Assembly (NCBI GenBank): GCA_028534125.1 | Contig: CM052817.1 | Location: 8,806,001 to 8,870,000 of the forward strand | Origin: Lama glama | Taxonomy: Eukaryota | Length of the DNA stretch: 64,000 nt | Reading direction: 5' to 3' | Translations under genes and position numbers: made by a program | Notes under the pieces: model-generated | What the model saw: the letters and a program-made list of their open reading frames with translations, nothing else | Told to the model about the DNA's origin: nothing | Database searches by the model: none | Shown: one piece after another, positions 39,660-53,544 of the stretch | Layout of the letters: the number at the start of each line of letters is the position of its first letter | How positions within the stretch are numbered: the stretch's first letter is position 1

Positions 39660-40885
39660 TATTCATCAATTATCATTGTAACAAACATTTTTGAGATCTT
39701 ACTATAGGCCATGTACCAAAATAGATGTTGAGTGAGCAAAATGGTCCTTGCCCTCATGAAATCAGCATGCAAAGCATGAGACGACTGTACAAACAAGCAT
39801 AGCATTTCACCTGGCCAAAATGATACATGAAGGAAGAGTGGTAAAAGTTGGCCTCAGCAGGAGACCAGAAAAAGCTTCCTACGAGAGTGATGGTCTGAGC
39901 TGAAATCTGAAAGATAATTTGATTTATGGAAGATAAAAAGGAAGAAAGAGAGGTTGAAGAGGACAAGTGCTTTATGCCAGGGGATAGCAAGGCATGTAGA
40001 GGAAACTGAAAGAATGCCAATGTTCTTGGTGCTCACAGATCAAAGAGAAGATGGAGGAAGATGAGCTTGAGGAGGTAGGCATAGCCTCATGAGTCACAGA
40101 AAGGAGTTCTGCCTTTGTCTTCTGAATTATGAGATATGCCTGAAAATCCTTAACTGGATATATGGGGAATGTGAGCAGATATGTTTTTAAAAGGCTTCAG
40201 ATGGGTTTCTAGAGATGGATGGATGGTGGTAAACCAGCTAGAATGCCACTGCTAAATAGATGGCAGTTAATTAGGACTAGTGGGATTATTTGTGCAATAT
40301 TTAGGAGGACCGTATTTGATGATGGATTATGTATAAGAGAGAGAAGGCTGTATCAGGATGATTCCTAGATTCCTGGCTTTCTTAACTCAATTGATGGTTT
40401 AGTTTTATAGTGAAATAAAGAATGGTAAAAGAGATCCAAATTTATTGCAGAATAATGAAGTAATTCATTTTGGACTGTAGGATTAAGGTACATTTAACAA
40501 ATACAAGAATACATGTCAAGTAAACATTTAGATATAATGCTCATGATTTGAAAAGATAGTCATGGGCTTTGAAATTTATATTAGAGAGTTGCCTGCATAT
40601 AGCTAACGCCAAGGAGAAGGGTAGGATCTAAGTCTGCTACGGGAGTTAGAGCGAGCAAAAGATTGTGCCTGAAACTGAATATTGAGAAACTATTGGTGAA
40701 ATAGAAGAAGAAAAACAAAGCGAGAAGGCAGAGAGGGAATACAAAAAGCAGTATCCGACCTCTAAGAACATCATAGAGGGTAAGAACTGAGAAGGTTTTA
40801 TATAAAAGGCACAGCTGACAGGGTTAAATGATGTTGAGAGGTTAGGTAAGAGAAAGACACTAAAGTATCACCATTGTATTTCTTG
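39660..40885 (-). mobile_element. Long L2 fragment (about 1.2 kb)
   Basis: aacaaacatttttgagatcttactat...ggtccttgccctcatg...caggatgattcctagattcctggctt...gttgagaggttaggtaaga. Confidence 0.75.
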
Positions 40886-41749
40886 AAAGCAACTAATAAT
40901 AGATTATATTTGGCGAGACAAGGACTGAAATCAGTAGAGATTTTATTAGATCACCTTCTATATTAAACTCCACTTCCATCACATACACACTAGAAATGAC
41001 CATCCATGCATCAAACCATGTAGACAGTCCCTGGCAGTAGGGTTATAAAACCAATATTTCAGATTAAAGATCAATCACAATTTTCCCTGGAGCAATATTA
41101 CATTTCTCTTACACTAAAATAATCACTGGGCCCCCAAAATTTGTTGAATGACTCAATGAATCACTGAAAGAAAGAGAAGAGGGCATATATAGTTCACTAC
41201 CCATGGTCAGGAATGACATGATAATTACACTCCAGAGAAAACCAGAAGTCCACGGGCCCCCATCTGCCTCCTCAGGCCCCACCCAAGCTCAGCTCCCCAC
41301 TTGCTGGCAGACAGAAAAGCACTTGTGTATTTTCACTCATTTTTTCCCACCAAAGTGGCATGACAAAAACTACTTTTTTCCTTCTATTTGTTTTCTCTGT
41401 CTTTTTTCTTCTTAACTCTGAATATTATTTGTTTTTCTCTAATGCTTGCTAATAATCTTCCCTTTCTTTGGTTCAACCTATAAAACTCATTTAATCCTCA
41501 TATGAGGCATTATCACTAGCAAAACTTGATCAGTACCAGACCCTGTGAACTAAGAAGCTGATCTGAATTTGAATTCATATCTCCCAAATATCACTAATTG
41601 TAGTGTAAATATATTCTCCAAGGTGGTACCACATAAAACTTCCACATGCTTCAAGTTTCTATTTCTCCAACCTTCAGATCACAGTGTTATTATTGTGAAT
41701 ATATCCTCAGAAGCTGTGATTAAAAGAGAAGGAGGGAAACCTTGGTGGT

Positions 41750-42480
41750 TTTGAATGTCAGAGAAAGCTGAACACTGAAAGAAAACAGTAAGCAGAGTAA
41801 ATAATAGAGCGCAGTGTGAAGAGATCTGTGTGAGACACAAAGGTGACAATAAAACCCAATATAAAATTAAATTCTACTTTGAATGTAATAATTAACAGAA
41901 CCAGTATTGCATAATGCCAGATTAATGTACAGTAAAAGCTGAAAATGATCTCCCAGAATAAAACAAATAAACAAAGGCATAAAAATTATGGTTAAGAAAA
42001 TTAGAAGTTTGGAGAAGAGAGGACCTGACCAAAAAAATAGTGTGGAATTTTGGAAGACGCCTTAAGATCAATAAGAAATTAAAGTTTCCTAGAAGAAAGA
42101 ATATCTGAAAATAGAAAGCAGAAAGTTCATTACATTCTAAGAAAATACAATAAAAGTGTCACTTTCTGATCACTTGAAAAGTAATTTAAAAAATTAAGAA
42201 AAATTACATAACCCTCCAGGGCAGATAAGTGTAGGTTACTTCCAGAGGAATAAAATCAATGTCTCAGACCTCCTGTTTAAAAGTACAGAAGTCAACAGAG
42301 AAACATCTGGTGAATTTTTAGGGAAAGTGGCCATGACCCAAGAATCCTTTATCTTAACAAGTAGTCTTTTATGAGAGAAGCACAGAAAATCAGTCTCCTA
42401 TATGAAGGGACTAAAATATTGCCTCTGGCCCATTTTGGGGAAAAGAAACAAACAAGCAAACATTTTAACAGTACTCTTAC
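41750..42480 (+). mobile_element. Decayed L1/HAL1 ORF1-like sequence
   Basis: A-rich; gatctcccagaat...gacccaagaatcctttat. Confidence 0.4.
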
Positions 42481-42909
42481 AACCAATACAGGAAACACAA
42501 TTACTAAACCAAGATGGGGGAATTGTTGCGTAAAATAATTTCTGTTCACTTTTCTATCATAAAAATATTTTAAAAATTAGATATTTGTACATATATTTTC
42601 TTCCAAAAATGATGCTTTTGTAATAGCATGAAAATAGGGAGAATCCATCATATCAGGGAAATTCACATGAACAGAACAGAACAGTCATTAAATATAATGT
42701 TTTGAAAAAGACTCTAATGACATGGGAACAAGCATATGATGATATGACAGGAAAATATAAATGCATAGGATCTTAACAGGTATAAGCAGTTTGACTTGAA
42801 CTATGGAAATAAAGAGGAGATAAGACAGAAAAAACCTGTCTCTGTGATACAGTTGAGAAATAGAACAAGGCCATGGTAGATGGAGAATAGAAAGTAATGA
42901 AAAGTTCCA

Positions 42910-43068
42910 GTTAGAACCCTTGCACACTGTTGGTATGAATGCAAAATGCTGCAGCCACTATGCAAAGCAGTATGAAGGTTCCTTAAAAATCAAAAATAGA
43001 ACTGCCATATAATCCAGAAATCCTATATCTTGCTATATAACCCAAAGAATTGAAATCTGAATCTCTCA
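42910..43068 (+). mobile_element. L1 ORF2 C-terminal fragment
   Basis: aacccttgcacactgttggtatgaatgcaaaatgctgcagccactatg...aatagaactgccatataatccag. Confidence 0.8.
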
Positions 43069-43074
43069 ATACTT

Positions 43075-43627
43075 TCTTTGTGTAAACATGCTACTCCTTT
43101 AAACAAGAATTTGGGTTTTATTCCCCTCCCCTTTAATCTAAGTTGGCCTTTATGACTTGTTTAACCAGTACAATGTTAACAGAAGTGAAATTTGGGGACT
43201 AGATGAGGCTAGGCAAAGAACCCTGAAGTTTCTGCTTGGGACCCTTGAAACAGTCGTGTTGGGGTAAGCCATATGTCATGTAAGAAATTGAACTACCCTT
43301 AGACACTACCCTATTACACTGTGAGGAAATTTAAGCCAACCATGTGGGGAGTCTGTGTGCAGAAAGAGTGATTTCTGGTCATCGCCAGCTAGTCCAGTCA
43401 TCCCAGCTAAGACCCAAACATGTGCATGGAGAAGCCACTTTGGACTCCAAGGATAATAAATCATTTCTATGACTCAGCTGTTACATGACTATAATTTTAT
43501 GAAGGACACAAAGCAGTAACTGCCTAGCTAAGCCCAGTCAATCCACAGAACCATTAGAAGCAATAAATTGTTGTTTCAAGCCACTGAGTTTCAGAGCAAT
43601 GTGTTGTCCAGCAGTAGCTAACAGAAA
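43075..43627 (+). mobile_element. MLT1G/H-type MaLR LTR
   Basis: ttcccctcccctttaatct...catcccagctaagacc...aataaattgttgtttcaagccactgagttt...gcagtagctaac. Confidence 0.8.
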
Positions 43628-43689
43628 AACAAAAGAGAAAGATCAAGATAAGAAAAATATAACCCCCTCAAAAAATCAGATGACTTGAA

Positions 43690-45950
43690 GACTAGAACTT
43701 AAAAACAATGATTAATATCCTCAAGAATATTAAGAAATGCATTGCAGCCAGGAAAGCAGAAAGAAATAGACAATTAGAAAACTAGAGGAAAAAAAATACT
43801 TTGGGAAATTGAAAATATAATTGTCAAAACAAAAAAATTCAATAAAGAATTGAAAATTAGAAAGATTAAATTCATCTTCCTCAAATAATAAAAATAAAAA
43901 GAAATCTGAAATGAGAAAGAAGAAATCATAAGCATCACCTTTAAGATCCAACATACAACTGAAAGGAGTTGTAGGATGAGAAATCGCTGAAAAGGAAATT
44001 ATGAAAGGAATAGCAGGTAGGAATGCATAAGAGCTGAGCAACATGGAATTTCACTTTAAAAAGGCCAACAAGAGCTGAGTCTAATAAAGGGAAACAACAA
44101 ATGACTCTCATTTGTAGCATCACTATGAAATTTAAAAACACCAAGGATAAGAAGATCCTGAAAGTTACTGGAAAAAAGAAACATAATGGAAACAAACTTT
44201 GGATGAGCAAGAGTGGTGCTTAAACATACATAATAGCAATGTCTCCAAAATTATCCTGAATTTTCTTGTGATGTCTACATATTTTATTGAATTTAATACA
44301 CAATTAACTTTAAGAAGCTTTATTATCCTCTACACCACTAAAAGGTGCAAAATAAAAAACACTGATAAAATTGTAAAGTTCCATTGTTTTATAAGATATA
44401 TATAGATTTCAGATATTGACATATGAAAAGATATAACTTAGAATTAATACAACCTGATAGTCAAGAATTACCTCTGAAAACCACTTAAATTGCCTTCATA
44501 AAGATTTACACAGTTTTGTATATTTGCCATGCAGGGTAATTCTTATACCTTCTAATATTTGAGAACCACAGAACTAGAATAAATAGAAAAAAACAATATA
44601 AACAAAGTTTCTAAGCAGAGTTAGGTTCTTTTGAGCACAAGCTACCTGTTCTCTTTGTTTGGCATCTTACAAGTAAACTATATCTACCCTTCACCACCAA
44701 AAAAAAAAAAAGATTTATTTTTAATACAATTATAGAGAATAGATCAGGAATTTTAAAGTCATTCTGCTTTCCTGCAAGATATATCCTATTCTGCTTTTAA
44801 TGTTAGGTATATATAAACTTACTGATACTAATATATTTGTTGTTGACTGGGTTAAGGAGTTGCATCCTGGAAGAGTGATGAATATTAAGGTCTGAAGTTG
44901 ACTCATGTGAAATGTGAATTTGATGTGGCATCTCATTACCCAACCAAACATTTACGTTTGAAGTTAGCAGTAATTGAGATGCTTTTCAGACATGAAAGGA
45001 CTCTAAAAATTGACCTCTTTTAAGAAGCTTTTGCTAAAATACCTGAAAATATATTCTGGCAAAACCAAGAAAAATGTGAAATACAGTAGAATGCATCCAA
45101 GATGAGAGAGCTGGGGGAGAAAATCTTAAAAATACAGCTATGGAACAGAATTTGAGGGTAATTAGTAGTAATTAAATAGAAATAGTGAAGGGAGCCGTGG
45201 GAGACAGGCCCCTGGAAAAAGGAGAGATTTCAAAAAAAATAGCTGAGGTAACAAAAAATTTAATCAACAAAAAGCAATGTTAAAGGTCAAAGTTGAAGAA
45301 AAGAAATAGACCAAGGCAAGTCGCAACACAGAGTCAAATAAATACTAAAGAAGAAAGAAAATAAACCATAGTTTATCAACTGTGTATTTGAATATTTACA
45401 CAATCATAATTATGTAAACTATTTATTGTTAACATTTGGAGTCAAGAAATAGACAAAGCAAGGAAGGTGGTTACGAAGTAAGATGTAGTGGTAACAATTT
45501 TGACATTGAAAAAATAAAACTAAAGCTAATGAAACGGGAAGATGGAAGCAGACAGAGGGCTAAAGGAAAGGGACATTAACATTCTTATTGTACAGATGAG
45601 GGGTCAAGATATACATTCATATTTGATGGGTAAGAAATGAAGAATAAGAATGAACTGCAAACATGTTCATAAATTGACAAAGAAAGCCAACGGGCAAACA
45701 GAAAATTGGAAGAAGGGAGTAAGGGAAGTGGGGAAAGGGGTAAAAGAACTAGATCAACATCAATCACAGCAGAATATACCTACAATTGGTAAATCAAGAG
45801 AGAGTAATATAAAAACAGTAACTAGCTTTGTACTTCTACAGGGTGTCCCTAGAGGTAAGGATGGGTCTGTAGGGAATTGCTGCATGCCATAAATCCTTTT
45901 ACTTTTTTTGCCTTTATTTTTAAACCATGTATATATATATATGAAAATTT
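43690..45950 (+). mobile_element. HAL1 (half-L1) element, interrupted
   Basis: attaatatcctcaag...tccaacatacaact...aacaccaaggataagaagatcctgaaag; resumes with ttttcagacatgaaagg. Confidence 0.6.
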
Positions 45951-46617
45951 TTTAAAAATTAAACTCAGAATGCTGAGATAATTTAGACTCCATGGGAAGG
46001 GGGTAGCTCTCAGGGGATGAAGGCAATGTAGGAGGGTCTAAACAACTGCCCAGATCTCTTGGCTGAAGATCAAGGAAAATAGAGTGTAGTATTATGGACA
46101 CCATCACTTCATTCAAGCAGGTGACAGGTGGGAAGATACACAGAGAAGCAGAAATGAGAGATAGAGAACAGGAAATGAAAGATTTGTGATTTGAATCAAA
46201 TGTATGAGGCTTTGGGGTCATGCCAATCTTGGAGCACTCTTTCCTTGGAAATACCTCCAAGGCCTGTGGGCATTTATGAGCCACAGAAAGGGAAATTTCA
46301 GGATCATCAAAGGAGCTCTAGAGGGAGAAGAAAATCTCAAGACACTCTTTGGTGGGAGCATGCTGTATCAGCCCTCCATGTGAATCTCAGAGCTCCTAAT
46401 CTCCCGGTGCCCCAGAGTCTGCTGATGGTGAAGACAGACCTTGGCCAGTATCTGTAACTGAGCAGCAAAACACCACTGCTACATTTCAACAAGTCACTGT
46501 TGTAAATATTTGCTTTGGTAAAGCCAGTGTCTGCATCAGGTTCTACTTAAACCCTATCTGTGGTTCTGTCCACAGCAAACTCCTTTCATTGTCCCTTTAG
46601 TTTCTCTGATCCTTGGG

Positions 46618-46729
46618 GAAGAATAACTTCCTAGTCTGCTCAGGATTGTCCCAGAGTTTTAGCACTGAAAGTCCCGTGTCCAGAGAAAATCCCTCAGTTT
46701 CAGGGATATGAGGACAGTTGGTATCCATA
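46618..46729. mobile_element. MER81 hAT-Blackjack MITE
   Basis: gttttagcactgaaagtcccgtgtcc...ccctcagt...ggacagttggt. Confidence 0.8.
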
Positions 46730-46799
46730 GGAAGAACCCCAGGTAACACGTTATGCGATAAGTAATGCCACAGGGTGAACATTTCCACCTTGGGAAGTG

Positions 46800-47170
46800 T
46801 CTTTTGTTCCTTGTGATTTTATTTGATTCTCACAAGGCTGTACAGTGGACATGCTATGCCTTATATTCATCCCCATTTCACATGTGGGTCAATTGAAGCC
46901 AAAGAGATTATCTGTGAATAACCATATAATCAGCAATAAGTTAATATAGTAATTTACTCAACATTTCTTGACTCCAGATCCTGTATGCTATTCTATATAT
47001 AAAGTTACTGTGTTGAAATCTGATCCCTCATTAATAATGGTGGTAATGTTTCATTATCTTATCCTCTCATCAGTAGAAATTGAGATGCAGAGAAATGAAG
47101 CAACCCATTTGCGAACACAGTGAATAAACAGTAGTCAGTACTGGAACTTATGTTCCTCTGATACTATGCC
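46800..47170 (-). mobile_element. Two MIR fragments
   Basis: atttgattctcacaa...catccccatttcacatgtgg; gaaattgagatgcagagaaatgaagcaac. Confidence 0.55.
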
Positions 47171-47424
47171 CTAAGTACCTGAGCAGAAAAAAAAAAGTGC
47201 AGATCTCCTAATGGTCAGAAATTCCTACTATGGCTCCCCAAGGACACACCTACTTTTTCAGTTTTACTCCTCACTATTTCCTTTTCACGGTTCCTATGTG
47301 CCAGCTGGTCTGGCACAGAGATGAACTGCTTTCTGATTCTGCAATATGTCTACTGCTTTCCTGACTCAGGTCTTTGTCCTAATCCTTTTCATGCCTAGAA
47401 TTTATTCACTTAGGTACTCATCGT

Positions 47425-47650
47425 AGGGTAGAGGAAAAGAAAACACAGACTCTGCAGTCAGACCTGGGCTTAGTTCACAATCAGGCTACCTCCTAGCGTG
47501 GGTGATCTCTGGCAAGTTTCCCAAGCTTCTCTGAGCCATCATTTCCTCATCTGTAAGTTGGAGACAGTAACAGGGAATCATGCTGGACAGTCTCAGAACT
47601 AGTGAGCACGTGCTCACAAACATCTAACACTGTGCATGGCACCCGGTCTG
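47425..47650 (+). mobile_element. MIR SINE
   Basis: cacagactctgcagtcagacctggg...ggcaagtt...tttcctcatctgtaa. Confidence 0.75.
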
Positions 47651-50039
47651 CACTCCACTCCCGGGACTTGAGTATAAACCGAGGAGACTGTATTGTGTAC
47701 TGAGGGGGTGGCTGACAGTTTCAAAGAACACTGTGTATTCCAGTGGACAACTCTGTATTTTGAATATAAATGTGTACTTGGTGAAAATGATGCATGCTTT
47801 TTGGCAGGAAGCCCTGCATCTCTCAGACAGTTAAGCATGAAGCATTGCAAATCTTTGGGCTTCATTATGGACAGTTGTGTATTTTGCAGAGTGCAGCACT
47901 CTACAGACAGTGCATTCGAGGACATCTGAGCATTGCATGGAGCCACACGTCGTGACATGGACATCAGTGGATTTGCTAGGCAGCCATGTGTTTTGTGAAG
48001 ACTTGTTCATTTTGAACCCACCTGGGGTGATGTGCTTTAATATCACACTGCTTGTAAATACATCTTCAATTTCACGTTGGTTACTGGTTTGTCTCTTAAG
48101 CTCAGTTAATTTTCTTTTCTAGTCTAAAGCTGGGACCAAAATTTTTAAGTTTCGACTTGAGCTGAAAAATCCATGATAATTCTTTTATTAATCCTTTATA
48201 TTTCTGTCTGACCTCCATACATATAAATCTGTGCATGTATGTATAAATATTTTTTTTCTGGGAACATAGAGATTAAAGTGTTAAAAGATCTATTTTTAAA
48301 GTATTTTCCAGTTTAATTTAGTTTTCTCTATTTCCTACAAATTTCCCTTCCACAAAGATGCCATTGAAAGGAAAATCTACAACAGAAAATATGAGACCAT
48401 TAGATCCAAATTAAAATCTTAAAAAAAGCAAAAATCAAATCTCTACAAATGAGAAGAAGGAATACAAGAATTGTGGAAAGACTGGAACATGCTTCTTTTC
48501 TTCCTGGCACACAGCTAGGCTGCACTCTCTGGCCTTCCATAGAGCTGGCTGTGGCCACATGGCTGAGTTTCATCCCAGGCCAGGAGCCACTCTGAACCAC
48601 ATATCTAAGCTGCATTAACTCTACAAATCTTCCCAGTTCACCTTTGGAATTGGTGTCAATCACATCTTGAAAATGGGGAATCTGAGTCTCCCCGAAATTA
48701 AATAATTTACAGATAAATTTACTCTCCAAGTCAGTACCCAAGGGAACAAGTAATTGTTCTCAATATTAACAGACTACTGGATTATGGATGTAGATAATCA
48801 AAAGAATGCATAGACCATCTACTAAATGGTATTGGAAGGTATAGAAATGTTACCACAATGTCCCCACAGGCCATAATAAACAATTAGAAGAGCAGCACTG
48901 TTTTCAAAAGCTACACAAACGATCAAGTGTCTAGAGATAAAGCTAACACAGCACATGTGATTTTGGGAGAAAAATTTAAAAACTTTATTGATGTAAATTT
49001 TAAAAAATAATTTGTTTTTGGGCAGTCTAAATCCAGTACACATTTTGGTGTAAGGGGGAAAACAAAGGATCGTAGCAGACACAGAGACAGACAGGCTGCA
49101 AGAAGGCAGATGTGTGATCTGTTAAATTGCACGAAATTGATGATCAGGGCAGTTATTAAAAAGTTCTCAGGCCTTTGGCGCTCAGGAAGGACAAGGGGTG
49201 AGAACAAATTTAGGGGCACATGTAGGTAATATCAGATGTTGTTGCTACTTAGATTACAAGGGCCCTTTTCAGAACAAAAGAGGCTAGTGGAAAGCTGTAA
49301 GCAGTTCATAAAACCCAGGCTTAGTGGTTTGGGGCCAGGACTGAGCCCCATGCCCATGATTCCCCCACAGTCAGGGCTCTTGCAATTTAATTGGCACATG
49401 GAACAGACATGAGGCCCCAACATTCCCCAGACCAGTAACCAGTGAGGAGGCCTCTGAGTTTCCAGCCATACCCCATTCTGGATTCAGACGCTCTTCCTGG
49501 GGCACTGAGTTCATTTCTTAAGTAAACCATAGAGACTCCCACAGAGAGAACAGAGGAGATAAATTGAAGCTGTGGAAAGAATGGCCAACGAAGGGACGGA
49601 TCCTTGGTAGTCTCTCCTCTGCAACAGACAAGGTGGTCCTCTGCCCTGCTGTGGCTTCTCTGAAGGACTCTTCCAGCTCAGCTTCCCAGAGGCTAAGTCT
49701 GTATCTTGCTCCACATGGGAAAACTCTTCCTTTTTGCAGAGAGAACATGTACACATAACCCCCTCGAGGTGAAGTGCCTGGGCTCTTCTGAGGTCTGCAG
49801 GGTTGACACATGAACTCTCTGTGTTCAAAAGCATTTCCATCTAACACGTTCAGAACAGGCTGCCCCAGGGAGTCCATCTGCCTCTTTGGGTACCGCTGTC
49901 ACCCAGGGCCCTCTTTAACACCCTGGGCTCTGAGGAAGTGGCTTCAATATCCTGCTGTGGCCACAGTGACATACTCTCATCAAGAAAAATAAACTCTCCT
50001 CGTGAACTCTTTGGACTTTGTCCTGATTTCCAAGAAAGA

Positions 50040-50460
50040 AATGCACCTGGCCCCATGGGTCTTGTTCTAGAGGCAGCCAGCCCAGGATTCACCCCCTGGC
50101 TTTGCCCCTCACTGGCTGGATGGCAAAGGGAAGCTGCCTAGTTCCTGCAGCCTCTGTGTCTTCAGTCTTCAAAAGGGAAACATTGGTCTGATCTCAGACT
50201 CTTAGCAGGAGGACATGAGCTGCTGTGTGTAAAATCATCACATCACACAACTTCATCCCCAATATTTAGAGTATTTGCTCAGGTTTTTGGGTGTTTAATT
50301 CTGGATCCTTCAGTGTGCTATTTCACCTCTCTAACCCTCAGTTTATTCGTCTAAATAAATAGGATTAATATCTACCTCAGAGTGGTTAATGTGAAAATAA
50401 ATTCAAATTGTGCTATATAAACTGTAAAGGACTGAAAAGTGAACACTGTTAGCAACAACA
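50040..50460 (+). mobile_element. Two MIR fragments
   Basis: tttcacctctctaaccctcagtttattcgtct...tctacctcagagtggtt. Confidence 0.55.
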
Positions 50461-51169
50461 TTTGAGTACAGATTTATTTTTTGTATTCCTCCCTGATAAC
50501 CTAGTCATCTTCTCAACCCACATGAAGTAGTTTAAGAAAAAGTAAAGTTGCCCCATCCCCCATCTTGAGCTTTGCAGGGCAAGAGAGAGAAGGGGCGGGG
50601 AGGAGAAACTGAGTTCTGGAGAGTTCCTTAAAACTTTTTAGAGAAAAATCTGGTGGTTTCCAATTTCCTTAGATGAAATACAGCAAGTTCAGCCTTTAAA
50701 AAATTAAAACTTTTCCTCTTGCTTCTTCACAATGGCAAAGCTGTAATGAAACCTGACTAAATTACTTTGTAATTGGCAAAGCGATAAATCAGTGAAAATG
50801 TTCTCTTTCTGTATCATAGGATGACTATTGGATCTGGGAATGAATCAGTGTGTGTGGCATTGTTTTGCCTCTCCTTTATTGGCATTCTTCTTTTTTTACA
50901 AATTTATAGAGATAGAAACACTAAGGGTGAAGAAACATACAAAGTCACATATGAATCCTGGATTAATAATTTGACCTTTGGATCAGATAAGAAAATCAAC
51001 CCAGGATTGAAGCATCTCAAAAATGATTTTCAATATTCTAAGATGATAATTAGGAGACCTGAGGGTATTTTGGTAATAGCTAAATGCCTCAAAGGACCAG
51101 TCAAGGATTATAGACAGTTCTGGTCTGTGCCTGGATTAAGAGGCACAAAATGACAATGGAAAGATGATG

Positions 51170-51395
51170 TCATAATCATTCCGAATATTTATGCAGCACT
51201 TAATAGCTTATAAATTCATCATATAATCTGAGCCTTCCAACAACCCTGAGGAGTTAATAGGGAAAATACTGATATTCTCTTTTTAAGCATAAGGAAACTG
51301 AAGCACAGATAATTTCCATGACTTACTCAAGTATATACAGTCTAGAAAGTGGTACAGTTGAGATTGAAATTAAGCTCTGTCTAACTTGGAAGTCC
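51170..51395 (-). mobile_element. MIR SINE
   Basis: caacaaccctgagg...aggaaactgaagcacaga...atgacttactcaag. Confidence 0.7.
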
Positions 51396-51634
51396 TAGGG
51401 GGATATTATTACCAAGTTCTTCAATTTTGCAGAAAGGACATGAGCACAGGCCGTCCCAAGGGGGAACTGCATGAGTTATTCTAAAACGGAGTCAATGTTG
51501 CAAAACAGAATATAATGGTATCAATCTTAAAGACTCAACAAGAAGAGAACCAGACCAAAATGGTCACAATACCAGGTTAAATGACCCAGGAATGATCAAC
51601 ACGCTGGTCCAGCATAAAGCATTTCCAGAATACC

Positions 51635-51832
51635 AACTACTGTATATAAAATCAACAACAAGTTTATACTATATAACACAGGGAACCATATTCATTATCT
51701 TGCAGTAACCTATGATGAAAAAGAATATGAAAATGAAATTATGTAGGTATATGTACGACTGAACTACTATGCTGTACACCAGAAACTGACACAAGATTGC
51801 AAACACTGTAAACTTTACTTCAATTAAAAAAT
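51635..51832 (+). mobile_element. Cetartiodactyl-type L1 3' end
   Basis: cacagggaaccatattc...aaaagaatatgaaaatga...tgctgtacaccagaaactgacac...acttcaattaaaaaa. Confidence 0.85.
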
Positions 51833-52074
51833 ATAGGAATATGTATCTTTAAATGGTCCAAATAAAATAATTATGGGGAAAAAATCAGTTAGGGACCAGC
51901 AAGCAAGTATTTAATTGTCAAGCATGGACTTTGCCAGAGGGCTGCAAAGGCTGGCTGGGGATTTCACTGCGTGCACATTATTTAACTCCTCTGGCAGCAT
52001 GAGGATAATGACTCCTATCTCATCTGTAAAGTAAGGAAACCAGTTCTACCTCATGATGTTGCTGTGAGGATCAT

Positions 52075-52152
52075 ATACAATGACTGGATCTCTTTGCTGC
52101 ACACCTGAGACTAACACAATATGGTTTACCAACTATACTTCAGTTAAAAAAA
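52075..52152 (+). mobile_element. Short L1 3' terminus following a MIR (about 51905-52075)
   Basis: ctttgctgcacacctgagactaacacaat...aactatacttcagttaaaaaa. Confidence 0.75.
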
Positions 52153-53544
52153 TAGTATGTGCATACAATTACAAGGAGGATCATTGTTACGGCTCTTAAA
52201 AGACCAAATGAAGCTTGATCTTGCTTCTAGGACATCTTTTCTCTAGAACAAAAGGCTTGAGAAGCCCTTGGCCTGACCTTCGGACACTGCTTCTCAATGT
52301 ATTCAAATGGCAGAGAGCAGGGCATCTGCCCCCACACAGGTAAAAGGGCTACAGACCCCAGAGTCTAAGACGTCTTAGCTGGGATATGGGGAGTCCAGCT
52401 GGGAAGGTCAGTTGTGCAAGGTGGTGGAGACGTTTGTGTCACAATGTGGGCTCAGCCCTGCAAGCGGTATGCTGAAGGTTTTGGAAGAAGGGAGTGGCAT
52501 TCTCCAAGCCATGTTTCAAGATCTATCAGACAGCCGTCTTTGGAGGTAGAGGGACCCACTGGGGATTTGTTGAAGGACTCTCCCCAAAGGAAGAGAAGGA
52601 GTCAACCATAAAGACTTAGAATTACTCCTCACAGGGGCAGCTAGGGACCATGGGCCACTCAAGGGTTGGACACAACTCAAAGTTGGACTCACTCTTCAAA
52701 TTTTATTTTTTAAATTTTGTTCTTTTGTGGTTCAGCCCACCAGACCAGGCATAGTACATAGTCACTAACATCACACAAGTTTGTGGTTGCTTTTAAACCT
52801 CAGTTTTCTACACTTGCTTTTGTTCTTTGTGCCCACCTGCAGGTGGTTTTCCATTTCCCCCTGGACTCAGATGTCAATACCTTATCAATACCCCTCTCTG
52901 CTGGTGTCATTGGCTCTTTCATGGACTGTGTTTTCCTCTTGTGCCTGAAAGGCATTCATAATGGGCTCCATCTTCCTTCACTTCTACCTCTCTGTCTTTC
53001 ATCCTCCAATTCACGTCTATGTCCATTTTTTCCACTCTGAGCTCAGAAACTGTCTTGGCTTTCTTGCTGCTCCTTGATTTCTTTTTACTCCTCAGTATTC
53101 ATGCTGACTTTTTTCCCTGGCATAGTTATTGCTTGACGGCATTCATCACCTCTGGGTATAGAATCATTTATCCACTATGCATCCTTTCTTCCCTGTTGAA
53201 ATCACTCAGTGTTACCTTTATCCACCCCCCCCCGATTCTGCTCTGCTGCCATCTGACTTCCCATTATTATTCTTATCAGCAGTCAGTTCTTTATAGAGTG
53301 GAGAAATAAGATAAGCTCGTTCTAATATAGGTGGGACACAGGCAATGTGGCTGGGAATAAGAAATGTGAAAAAGGATGACAGGGCTACAAAAAGCAGAGC
53401 TAGAGGGGTGTTGCTGATGTCTGAATGAAAAGTGAATTGCAGAAGGGATTTGGGGTAGAAAAATGAGGCTGCAGCAAATGTAGTTACCTTCCAGGGGGGA
53501 TGGGGAGAGAGAACGAACGTTGCGAGTCATCTGCTCCGTGATGA

